From: Nitrospira sp.
GTDB lineage: Bacteria; Nitrospirota; Nitrospiria; Nitrospirales; Nitrospiraceae
NCBI GenBank assembly: GCA_047150005.1
Contig: AP038806.1
Location: 736,001 to 800,000, forward strand
Length of the DNA stretch: 64,000 bases
Direction of reading: 5' to 3'
Shown here: one piece after another, positions 50,554 to 59,277 of the stretch
Layout: the number at the start of each line of letters is the position of its first letter
How positions within the stretch are numbered: position 1 is the first letter of the stretch
Translations under genes and position numbers: made by a program
Notes under the pieces: generated by a model
The model's input: the letters and a program-made list of their open reading frames with translations, nothing else
The model's database searches: none
What the model was told of the DNA's origin: nothing

Positions 50554-51078
50554 TTAGGTCGTCGCGGAGACGTCGTTCTTGTCGTTGGTCAAGGCCCTTT
50601 GGTCGTTCATATGCCATTCGTCGCAAGCCACGTCGCCATCGACATTGCCGATCGCCCCTGCCGTAAACCCGGTTGGGCTCGCCGCAACCGTCGCGTTAGT
50701 TGCAGGCGAAACTCCGGTATTACAGGATCCGGGGACCACCGCCGGCGCTCCTGGGAATAGAGTGGGGGTTCCCGGGCCAGGACCACCAGCAGTTGCGTCA
50801 ACCGCATACCAGAAAGAGTAACGCGGATTCCCTGACGGTGTGTAACCGATGGCGCCGATCACCGGCGGAGCATAGGTTTGCGGAGCTGTTTCAGCCTGAT
50901 AGGCTACAGCTGAAGTGAAGATCGCCCCGAGGGCAACCTTTGCCTCCGCCTGCTTCGACTTGGCCTGATACGCGATGAAGTTCGGGATCGCGATCGCCGC
51001 CAAGATTCCGATGATCGCCACAACGATCATCAACTCGATAAGGGTAAAACCCTTATGACTTTTCAACTGCTTACACAT
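50554..51078 (-). CDS. pilA: Type IVa major pilin
   Basis: MCKQLKSHKG|FTLIELMIVVAIIGILAAIAIPNF gives the prepilin cleavage site and E5. Two Cys in the mature domain, GNVDGD..DEW motif. Strong GGAGGAG RBS before ATG 51078. Confidence 0.95.
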   Translation of the reverse strand: MCKQLKSHKGFTLIELMIVVAIIGILAAIAIPNFIAYQAKSKQAEAKVALGAIFTSAVAYQAETAPQTYAPPVIGAIGYTPSGNPRYSFWYAVDATAGGPGPGTPTLFPGAPAVVPGSCNTGVSPATNATVAASPTGFTAGAIGNVDGDVACDEWHMNDQRALTNDKNDVSATT

Positions 51079-51177
51079 TGCTGCTCCTCCTTGTTGATGG
51101 TTCACCGACTCCCCCATGAATGATGGGCTGCTGCATCCAGTCATCCTGTTTGTCATGCTGTCTGCACTCGTCCAAAT

Positions 51178-51194
51178 AGCAGGTTCGATGCCGT
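51178..51194 (-). promoter_or_regulatory. Candidate sigma54 (-24/-12) promoter of pilA
   Basis: The minus strand reads ACGGCATCGAACCTGCT (GG-N10-GC) 100 nt upstream of the start, with a long upstream intergenic region. Confidence 0.6.
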
Positions 51195-51522
51195 GGGAGG
51201 AGCATCTTGGTTCGTCAAGAAGACTGCTGAATTGTCAATCTGTTATGAACTAATCTGCGGAACGACCCTGTCCCACCCGATGTACCCGCGTTTCCGAGAT
51301 TCGCTATCGCGTGCCAATAATTGTCTCGCCTATCTATTTCTTATTTCTAAAGCGCATATCGCCCACATGACAGATTGGAGGCGATAGAAGGAGCAGCCCT
51401 TGCGGAGCACCGCGTTATGGCAGAGGGGGTCCCCAGCCATTGACGAACTTGAGGTATTCAGTCAGCCTCAGGCCTTGAATCTAGAAATGAGACTTCGGGA
51501 GGAAGAGAAAAAGGACGGAATT

Positions 51523-53370
51523 TTATGGAGAGGGCGCTTGTATCTTCTCTGATACACGGCGTTTAGCCTGCTGGATACGATCTTCTTGGGTAGGGTCTCC
51601 CATGCCTAGCTCGCGAAACCGTTCAATCAGCTTGCTGTTGGAAGGATCCAGTTCCAAGGCGTGCAACCAAGCTTCGCGGGCTTCGGCCATTCGGTCCTGC
51701 TTGGCATAGATGTCACCAAGATGCTCATAGATCACCGGATCGTCTCCGACAAGTGCCACAGCTCGCTTAATTTCTGTGAGCGCCTCGGCCAAAAGCCCAG
51801 ACTTGAAAAATGCCCACCCGAGACTGTCCACGTAATAGCCATTGTCCGGTTTCAATGCCACCGCCTGTTTGGTCAGAGAGAGCGCCTGATCGATCTTGAC
51901 TCCACGCTCGGCATAACTGTACCCGAGATAGTTGAGCGCATCCGCATGGTGCGGATCCAGCTTGATCGCCGTCTCCATCACGCGAACGACGTCATCAAAC
52001 CGATTCAGCTTGTCGTAAGCTGTTCCCAAGTTGAAATGTAAATCTGCGTTCTTCGGGTTGTGACGAATACCTTCCTCGAATACCTCAGCTGACTTCTCAA
52101 ATTGGTCCGTCTGCAAATATGCCAAACCGAGTACGATATGCGCCTCAGGCTGCTTGGGATTTAATGCTGTGGCACGACTCAGATGTTCGATGGCTTCAGG
52201 AAACTGCTTGAGTCTGTAATACAGTACCCCTAGGTGCAGATGCCCTTCATAGAAAGTGGGTTCGAGCTGAATATTGAAGGTGTACGTTTCGATGGCTCGC
52301 TTTGTATCCTTTGACTCTTCATACAGATAGCCTAGGTAGTCCCTCACCTTGAGTTCCGCCGGGCGTGTCTTGAGAATTTGGTTTAGGCGGTCGATCGCTT
52401 TGGCATACTCCTTCTGCTCCCCATAGATGAGAGCGACCCTCAATTGCGCATCAAGATCGGATGGATCATCGGCAAGAAGAGTCTCCAACTCGACCATCGC
52501 GCCTTTGTAATCTTTGGATTCGACATAGAGACGTATGAGCTGATGTCGAATATCACGATTCTGCGGGTTCACCCCCTGTAGATATCGCCTCAGTATTTCG
52601 ATCGCTCGATCTCGCTCCTGCCTAGATGCATAGATGGATGCCAAGGCCAGATAGGCCGGCTCGAACGAAGGGCTCACCGCAATAGCACGTTCGAAACTCG
52701 CGGAGGCTTGCTCGGGTTTACCAGATTCGAGCAAGGCGCGTCCGAGATGGTAGTGGCCGACTGCCGAATCCGGCGATCTCACCAATCCATCTCGGATCGC
52801 CGACTCAGCTTCAGAAGGTCGTTTTAAACCCAGCAGCAAAAGACCTTTGGCAAAATAGGGATCACCGGCTGTCGGATCCTGAGCGATGGCCTTGTCGACA
52901 ATGCCGATCGCTCGCTCAGTTTGACCGGCGCTTGCAAAGATGCCTGCCATTTGCGTCAGAACATGTCCGTCCTGATCCGGGCTGTCTACCACCTCTTGGG
53001 CGTACCGAAGAGCGTTGGGCATGTCACCCAACGAGAAATAAAGCCCTGCCAGCCTGGTTTTGACTGAGCTGGAGGAAGGGTCCGTGGCTAGGACGCTGTG
53101 ATATTCTCTCAATGCTCGTTCTGTATCCTGTGCCAACTCGGCTTGGTACCCCAGCATAAAATGATAGGCAGCTGACGCATCGGGCTGATGCATGGAAGGA
53201 TCGGGCTTATGAGGCATTTGAGACGCAGTTGAACTGCTCGACGGTGTTGACGGCGTCGTACAGGCTGGGAATAGGAATGCGCTCAGGACTAGTACGAATA
53301 AGGAATACAACGGCAAGATCCGTTTCGCCGGCGCAATATTAGCAGGACAAGGACAACCAGCGAGCCACAT
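51523..53370 (-). CDS. TPR-repeat lipoprotein
   Basis: Hydrophobic stretch with lipobox-like FPAC, more than 10 TPR-like units, ALNYLGYSYAE, YVDSLGW and EHLGD motifs. Exact start uncertain. Confidence 0.88.
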   Translation of the reverse strand: MWLAGCPCPANIAPAKRILPLYSLFVLVLSAFLFPACTTPSTPSSSSTASQMPHKPDPSMHQPDASAAYHFMLGYQAELAQDTERALREYHSVLATDPSSSSVKTRLAGLYFSLGDMPNALRYAQEVVDSPDQDGHVLTQMAGIFASAGQTERAIGIVDKAIAQDPTAGDPYFAKGLLLLGLKRPSEAESAIRDGLVRSPDSAVGHYHLGRALLESGKPEQASASFERAIAVSPSFEPAYLALASIYASRQERDRAIEILRRYLQGVNPQNRDIRHQLIRLYVESKDYKGAMVELETLLADDPSDLDAQLRVALIYGEQKEYAKAIDRLNQILKTRPAELKVRDYLGYLYEESKDTKRAIETYTFNIQLEPTFYEGHLHLGVLYYRLKQFPEAIEHLSRATALNPKQPEAHIVLGLAYLQTDQFEKSAEVFEEGIRHNPKNADLHFNLGTAYDKLNRFDDVVRVMETAIKLDPHHADALNYLGYSYAERGVKIDQALSLTKQAVALKPDNGYYVDSLGWAFFKSGLLAEALTEIKRAVALVGDDPVIYEHLGDIYAKQDRMAEAREAWLHALELDPSNSKLIERFRELGMGDPTQEDRIQQAKRRVSEKIQAPSP

Positions 53371-53402
53371 GGTGGATAGACGATAACACAGTGCTGCTAA
53401 AG

Positions 53403-53431
53403 ATTATACGAAGCGAGGTGGGCGCGGTCAA
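53403..53431 (-). promoter_or_regulatory. Near-consensus sigma70 promoter for the TPR lipoprotein, overlapping the dnaB stop
   Basis: The minus strand reads TTGACC-N17-TATAAT. Confidence 0.7.
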
Positions 53432-54783
53432 ACGGCTTCTCGATTGTCCAAGCTCTCGAACTTGGCGAATCGATCATGAAAGAACAGCTCCTTCTTTCCG
53501 ATCGGACCATTGCGGTGCTTGCTCACCAGGATTTCAGCGATGCCTTTGCGTTCAGAGTTTTGATCGTACACTTCCTCGCGATAAATGAACATGACGACAT
53601 CCGCGTCCTGCTCGATGGCTCCGCTCTCGCGAAGATCGGCCAGCATGGGAATTGGCGGCTTTCTCGCTTCAACGGCCCGGCTCAATTGGGACAGTGCGAC
53701 AACCGGAACGTTGAGTTCTTTTGCCAATGCCTTCAACGAACGTGAGATGTCCGATATCTCCTGCTGCCGAGACTCGGCGTCACTCCGTCCCTGCATCAAT
53801 TGAAGGTAATCCACAACCAATAACCCAAGACCCCGCTCAGCCTTGAGCCGCCGAGCCTTGCCACGCATCTGCTGTACCGTAATACCCCCGGTATCATCGA
53901 TGTAGATCGGAGCCTGTTCCAGTCTGCCAGCCGCCTCAGCCAACCTCCACCAATCCTCCTTTTGGAGCTTCCCGGTCCGCAGTGCGTGGGAGTCGACTCG
54001 CGCCTCGGAACTGAGCATGCGCAGAACGATCTGGGGCTTAGACATTTCGAGGCTGAAGATACCGACCGGGGTCCCAGCATGAAGCGCGGCATGGGCGGCC
54101 ATGCCCAAGACGAGACTCGTTTTTCCCATGCTCGGTCTGCCAGCGATCACGACCAGGTCGGACGGCTGAAGACCGGCCGTCAGATCGTCGAGATCATAGA
54201 ACCCGGTTGGAACGCCGGTTACCTGCTCTTTGCGCTTGGATAATTTATCGACAAGATCGAGACTCTCTTTGATGATTTGATTGATCGGACTGAAGGATCG
54301 ATCCATCTTACCTTGTGCGATGCTAAAGACCGACCGCTCAGCGAAATCCAGAAGGTCGTCGATCTGGGTTGCTCCTTCATACCCGCGGGTCAGCACTTCT
54401 GTGGAGGTATGGATGAGCTCTCGCAGCAGCGCTTTGTCGCGCACGATCTTGCTGTGATACCGGATGTTGGCCGCGCTGGGAACGATTTGGACCAACTCCG
54501 CCAGGTATGCCGCCCCGCCGACCGATTCCAGTTCACCCCGCACCTTTAAACGTTCGGTAAGCGTGATCTGATCGATGACTTCACCGACTTCGGACAGCTC
54601 CAGCATGGCATGATAAATCTTCCGGTGAGCAGTCCGATAAAAATCATTCTCGACGATCAATTCCATTGCCTTGGCCATTGCCTGGTTGTCCAGCAACACC
54701 GCGCCCAATACGGATTGTTCCGCCTCGACATTCTGAGGAGGCAGCTTCGGTTGGGAAAGGTCGATGTCAGGCGCGGACTTCAT
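53428..54783 (-). CDS. dnaB: Replicative DNA helicase
   Basis: PPQNVEAEQSVLG, AGRPSMGKT, FSLEM, VDYLQL, LSQLSR, DLRESGAIEQDAD and KHRNGP motifs. No intein. Confidence 0.98.
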   Translation of the reverse strand: MKSAPDIDLSQPKLPPQNVEAEQSVLGAVLLDNQAMAKAMELIVENDFYRTAHRKIYHAMLELSEVGEVIDQITLTERLKVRGELESVGGAAYLAELVQIVPSAANIRYHSKIVRDKALLRELIHTSTEVLTRGYEGATQIDDLLDFAERSVFSIAQGKMDRSFSPINQIIKESLDLVDKLSKRKEQVTGVPTGFYDLDDLTAGLQPSDLVVIAGRPSMGKTSLVLGMAAHAALHAGTPVGIFSLEMSKPQIVLRMLSSEARVDSHALRTGKLQKEDWWRLAEAAGRLEQAPIYIDDTGGITVQQMRGKARRLKAERGLGLLVVDYLQLMQGRSDAESRQQEISDISRSLKALAKELNVPVVALSQLSRAVEARKPPIPMLADLRESGAIEQDADVVMFIYREEVYDQNSERKGIAEILVSKHRNGPIGKKELFFHDRFAKFESLDNREAV

Positions 54784-56192
54784 GGCGCACCTTTTATGGT
54801 GGACGGATGTTTGGCCGCCTCGACGAGGGCGGCAAGGCTTATCTTCTTCGACACAGGTCCGGACGAGCGCCCATTTCGCGCAAGGCTCGTCTCGCGTCCA
54901 AGCCGTTCAACAACCGTGAACTGATCACCGCGGTCCTGTCCCGGCATTCCAACGACGACCACAGCTCTGGCTCCTTGTGCCTGACCTTGCTGAACCGCGC
55001 TGGTCAGAAGCCGGCCGGTGCTCTTATTATTCATAGTTTGCTGGGCGACACGGAGATGTCGGCGCCGCAATTGAGCCGCGACCTTACTCACGCGTGATAC
55101 CGCACGCTGAGGTCCTATCACGAGATAGTCGATGCGAGGCGACCCATCGGCCTCTTCCGGAAACGCCAAGGCACGGAACAGACGGTCAACATCGAGTGCG
55201 AATCCGGTTGAAGGCAGGTCTGCACCGAATCGGCCGATCAGGTGATCATATCGCCCACCTCCGCCCAATTCTGCCCCCACTCCCGGCGCGAAGGCATCAA
55301 AGACCGCACCATCGTAGTAATCGACCCCTCGGAACTCGCCAAGGTCCAACAGCAGTGCATCCTCATATCCCGCTGTACATAATAGATGATAGAGTTCTGC
55401 GAGTCGCTCCAATGGCTCAAGCAGAGCCGCGTCTCCGGCTGCCAGAACCCGCCCTCGATTCAGGACCTCTTTTCGACCGGTCAACTCCGGTGCTTCACGA
55501 ATCGCCATGGCGGCCGATCTTGCGATGCGTTCGGTCTTCAGAATCTCTTCAAGACGAGGTAGATCTTTTCGAGCCGCGGCCTGCTCAGCTCGCTTCTGGG
55601 CTCGAACGGACAAGCCGGATCTCGTCATCAGGCCCTTGATGAATCCAACATGCCCCAAGGCGATCGTGAAGGATCGAAGCCCAATCGACTGCAAGCACTC
55701 GATCAATATGGTAATGACCTCGGCATCACCGTTCACATCTTTGAGACCAATGAGCTCGGCCCCGATCTGAAAAATCTCTCTCCCACGACCGGCATGTTCA
55801 GGTTCGTACCGAAACACCGAGGTGCGATACGTAAGCCTCTGAGGAAATCTTCCGCCGGTCAAGCCCATGGCCACTGTTCTGGCTACCTGGGCGGTCGCAT
55901 CGGGGCGAAGCAGGAGAGTCCGACCGGTGGTGCGGTCAATGAATTGGTAACAGGTCTCGAGCAGCTCTGACTCCAAGCCGGGCGCCAGCACGTCAAGGTA
56001 CTCAAATGTGGGGAGAATAATTTCATCGTATCCCCACCGCCCGATCTGAGCCAGGAGTTGGCCTTCGAGGTGACGAACCTGTCGAGCGGCATGAGGGAGG
56101 ATTGTCGCCATCCCTATCGGAATCAGAGAGCGCTCGCGAGAGGCTGATGCCTGCGCCGAAACGCGGCGAGACTTCCGAGAAGCAGACACCAT
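54780..56192 (-). CDS. hisZ: ATP phosphoribosyltransferase regulatory subunit
   Basis: P.FEY, LRPDATAQVAR, FRY....GR.REIFQIGAEL, DYYDG, GGRYD.L..FG and GFAL motifs. Downstream of serA. Confidence 0.85.
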   Translation of the reverse strand: MVSASRKSRRVSAQASASRERSLIPIGMATILPHAARQVRHLEGQLLAQIGRWGYDEIILPTFEYLDVLAPGLESELLETCYQFIDRTTGRTLLLRPDATAQVARTVAMGLTGGRFPQRLTYRTSVFRYEPEHAGRGREIFQIGAELIGLKDVNGDAEVITILIECLQSIGLRSFTIALGHVGFIKGLMTRSGLSVRAQKRAEQAAARKDLPRLEEILKTERIARSAAMAIREAPELTGRKEVLNRGRVLAAGDAALLEPLERLAELYHLLCTAGYEDALLLDLGEFRGVDYYDGAVFDAFAPGVGAELGGGGRYDHLIGRFGADLPSTGFALDVDRLFRALAFPEEADGSPRIDYLVIGPQRAVSRVSKVAAQLRRRHLRVAQQTMNNKSTGRLLTSAVQQGQAQGARAVVVVGMPGQDRGDQFTVVERLGRETSLARNGRSSGPVSKKISLAALVEAAKHPSTIKGAP

Positions 56193-56216
56193 AGATGGCC
56201 GAATGGCTAGCGGAGT

Positions 56217-57800
56217 TTAGGAAAGGCTCGCAACCTTGACCGAGAGAATATCCTGATTCGACTTGATCGCATTTAATACCGTGCCGGGAAATACTTGGTC
56301 GGATCCGATAATCAGCAACGCATTTCCTCCGCGCTTTTCCAGTGCACACTGCATTCGAACGATATTGATGCTCTCGTCCCCAAGCACCTTACCCACCATC
56401 CCGATGACACCGGGTCGATCGATGTTATGGATCAACAACATGTTTCCTTCGGGGACCACCTCGACCTTGAATTGATCGATTTCTACGACCCGAGGATCCT
56501 TCTTATGATAGAGAGTACCGGCGACTTGATGAGAGGCTTTCCCCGCCACAACACGCACCCGAATCAGGCTGGTAAAGTCTCCGGCATCGGAGCTACGAAC
56601 CTCTTTGACTTCAATTCCACGTTCTTTTGCCACAATCGGCGCATTCACGTAGTTGACAGGGGCCTCCATGACCGGAGTGAGCAGGCCCTTCAGCACGGCA
56701 ATCGTCAGAGGGGCCACCGATAGGTCGGCAACCTCTCCGCTGTATTCAACAGTCAGATGCTCAAGCCCGCCCTCACACAACTGCGCCTGTAACTTTCCCA
56801 ATTGCTCGGCCAACGACAGGTAGGGTTGGAGCCTCGGGAGCAATTCCGGCGAAACCGAGGGGATATTCACGGCTCCGCGCGCAATGCCCTTCTTGAAATA
56901 ATCGGCGATTTGCTCGGCAATCCCGACGGCAACGTTCTCCTGCGCCTCCGTCGTCTGTGCCCCGATATGGGGAGTGCAAATAAAGTTGTCGAGGGTCAGC
57001 AAGGAATTCTCCGCTTTGACGGGCTCTTCCTCAAACACGTCAAATGCGGCAGCCGCGACGCGTTTGTTCTTCAACGCCTCGAACAAGTCCCCTTCGTGCA
57101 CGATGCCTCCGCGCGCGCAATTCACGATCATCACCCCGGGCTTCATCATCGAGATCGTCCGCGCATTGATGATGCCCTTGGTTTCGGGAGTCAGCGGCGT
57201 GTGTACGGAAATGATGTCTGCGCGACGGAACAGATCGTGGAGGTCTACCATCTCCACGCCCATTCGCTCGGCCCGATCGCTGGCCAAGAAGGGATCGTAA
57301 GCGATCACTCTCATTCCGATGCCATGAGCCAATTTTGTCAGATGGCTGCCGATCTGCCCAACCCCGACGATGCCTAGTATCTTATTGTAGAGCTCGACGC
57401 CCATAAACTTGTCTTTTTCCCACTTCCCCGACTTCGTGGAAGTGGTGGCCTGAGGGATGCGTCGGCTCATGGCGCAAATCATCGAGAGAGTGTGTTCGGC
57501 GGTCGTTACCGTATTGCCGCCCGGCGTGTTCATGACGACGATCCCACGACGGGTAGCCGCCGGAGTGTCAACATTGTCCAGACCGGAACCGGCGCGACCC
57601 ACAACCTTGAGTTTATCCGCCGCAGCAAGCAACTCTTCCGTCACCTTGGTGCCGGACCGCACGATCAATCCGTCGGCATCCTTGATCTCTTTGAAGAGTT
57701 CATCTTTCGGCATCTTGGACTTCACAACCACCGTGAAGCCTGCCTTCTCCAGAAGCTCGACACCTTGCTTAGAGAGACTATCGCTGACCAGAATTTTCAT
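56217..57800 (-). CDS. serA: D-3-phosphoglycerate dehydrogenase (long form with ASB and ACT domains)
   Basis: GRAGSGLDNVD, GVGQIG, NCARGG, DVFEEEP, TPHIGAQT and DRPGVIG motifs. Confidence 0.96.
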   Translation of the reverse strand: MKILVSDSLSKQGVELLEKAGFTVVVKSKMPKDELFKEIKDADGLIVRSGTKVTEELLAAADKLKVVGRAGSGLDNVDTPAATRRGIVVMNTPGGNTVTTAEHTLSMICAMSRRIPQATTSTKSGKWEKDKFMGVELYNKILGIVGVGQIGSHLTKLAHGIGMRVIAYDPFLASDRAERMGVEMVDLHDLFRRADIISVHTPLTPETKGIINARTISMMKPGVMIVNCARGGIVHEGDLFEALKNKRVAAAAFDVFEEEPVKAENSLLTLDNFICTPHIGAQTTEAQENVAVGIAEQIADYFKKGIARGAVNIPSVSPELLPRLQPYLSLAEQLGKLQAQLCEGGLEHLTVEYSGEVADLSVAPLTIAVLKGLLTPVMEAPVNYVNAPIVAKERGIEVKEVRSSDAGDFTSLIRVRVVAGKASHQVAGTLYHKKDPRVVEIDQFKVEVVPEGNMLLIHNIDRPGVIGMVGKVLGDESINIVRMQCALEKRGGNALLIIGSDQVFPGTVLNAIKSNQDILSVKVASLS

Positions 57801-57808
57801 AGATCTGC

Positions 57809-58951
57809 CTACTTCACCATCAAAATTTCTTGGGCCTTTGCCACACCGCTGCCGAGCTTCACGGAATGACCGAGACCCTTCAAGACCATTTCAGTCGCTG
57901 CGACAGCCATGATGACGTCGAATCGATCCATATAGCCCATGTGCGAGAGCCGGAATATCTTTCCCTTCAAGTGGTCTTGCCCGCCCGCCGCGGTGATCCC
58001 GTATTGCACCCGAAGATTCTTATACACCGCCTGACCGTCGATCCCCTCAGGTGCCGAGACTGCAGTGAGCGCATCGCTGGGTGATTCCTTGGGAAACAGC
58101 GTCAACCCGGCGGCCTTCATCCCCTCCCTCATCGCCATCGCAAGATTCGCTTGCCGCCAGAAGACCTGTTCCAGCCCTTCGGCTTTGAGCATCTTCAAGA
58201 CCTCTTGGAGCCCGATGATGAGCGAGACAGCGGGCGTATACGCTGTCTGGTTCTTCTGTTGATTCTCTCGTTCCTTCTTCAAATTGAAATAGAACGAAGC
58301 ATTCTTGGCCTTCTCGGCCAATTGCCAGGCCTTATCGCTGACGCTGACGAATGCCAGACCGGGCGGCAGCATCAGGGCCTTTTGAGAGCCGGTCACCACA
58401 ACGTCGACGCCCCAATCGTCGGTCTTGATGTCGAACACGCCCAACGCCGTGATGGCATCCACCACGAGAATCGTATCGGCATGGCCTTTGACAATTTGAG
58501 CGAGGGTCTTGACATCATGGGCGACCCCTGTCGAGGTTTCACTGGCCTGGACATAGACGGCTTTGATTCCCGGATCCTTCTTCAAGGAATCTGCAACCAC
58601 CTGAGGATCAATGGCCCGTCCCCATTCCACTTTGAGTTCGGTCACCTGCGCCCCATATGTCTTACAGAGCTTGCCCCAGCGCTCTCCGAACTTGCCCCCA
58701 TTAATGGTTAGCGCCTTGTCTCCGGGAGAAAGAAAGTTGGACACGGAGGCTTCCATCCCGCCGGTTCCCGAGGCAGCCAGCATGAGGACATCGCCGTTCG
58801 TTTGAAAAAGCCATTTCAATCCATCACGGACCTCCCCGAACAGCTTGTCGAATTCAGGCGCCCGGTGATGGATTATCGGCTTCGCCATGGCCAGAAGCAC
58901 CTCTGGCGGCACAGGCGTGGGCCCTGGAGCCAACAGATACCGCTTGATCAT
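57809..58951 (-). CDS. Class V PLP aminotransferase (serine-pyruvate/alanine-glyoxylate family; likely phosphoserine aminotransferase role)
   Basis: APGPTPVP, SGTGGMEA, ETSTGV, VDAI, GSQKALMLPPGL and FRLSHMG motifs. Start trimmed to 58951 after GGAGG. Confidence 0.9.
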   Translation of the reverse strand: MIKRYLLAPGPTPVPPEVLLAMAKPIIHHRAPEFDKLFGEVRDGLKWLFQTNGDVLMLAASGTGGMEASVSNFLSPGDKALTINGGKFGERWGKLCKTYGAQVTELKVEWGRAIDPQVVADSLKKDPGIKAVYVQASETSTGVAHDVKTLAQIVKGHADTILVVDAITALGVFDIKTDDWGVDVVVTGSQKALMLPPGLAFVSVSDKAWQLAEKAKNASFYFNLKKERENQQKNQTAYTPAVSLIIGLQEVLKMLKAEGLEQVFWRQANLAMAMREGMKAAGLTLFPKESPSDALTAVSAPEGIDGQAVYKNLRVQYGITAAGGQDHLKGKIFRLSHMGYMDRFDVIMAVAATEMVLKGLGHSVKLGSGVAKAQEILMVK

Positions 58952-59003
58952 CGACCCTTCCTCCTGGAGTGGAATGCAGAAAGTGCCCAACGAGAGAAGC
59001 CGG

Positions 59004-59033
59004 ACGATACCATTGCCTTCGGAAGAGTGTCAA
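59004..59033 (-). promoter_or_regulatory. Candidate sigma70 promoter for aminotransferase-serA-hisZ-dnaB
   Basis: The minus strand reads TTGACA-N18-TATCGT with an extended TG. Confidence 0.6.
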
Positions 59034-59203
59034 GGCAACGGCCGAGGTAGATCCGTGTGTTTTCGTGCAGTTGGAGTCGACGGTTCACGAAGAAAATCTC
59101 ACCGAACTCTTCGCGATTTCTCTTGCTTTCAGTCTCACGCGTCTCCGGCCCATGCTCAGAGATGGACCGCCCCAAAAGGTGGGGGCTTCCCTCGGGTGAT
59201 TTC

Positions 59204-59232
59204 TTGACAAGTTTTCCGTCGCTCGATACTCT
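59204..59232 (+). promoter_or_regulatory. Candidate sigma70 promoter for the lytic transglycosylase
   Basis: TTGACA-N17-TACTCT. Confidence 0.6.
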
Positions 59233-59277
59233 AGGTCCACATCCTGACAGCTCACATTGGAGTCTGGAACATATTCC

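Noticed and set aside
51301..51316. TGGCACGCGATAGC as a second sigma54 site upstream of pilA
   Set aside because: GG-to-GC spacing is 9 nt rather than the required 10.
51079..51522. Possible cyclic dinucleotide (GEMM) riboswitch before pilA, as in Geobacter
   Set aside because: No GEMM core motifs seen by eye; an Rfam/Infernal scan would be decisive.
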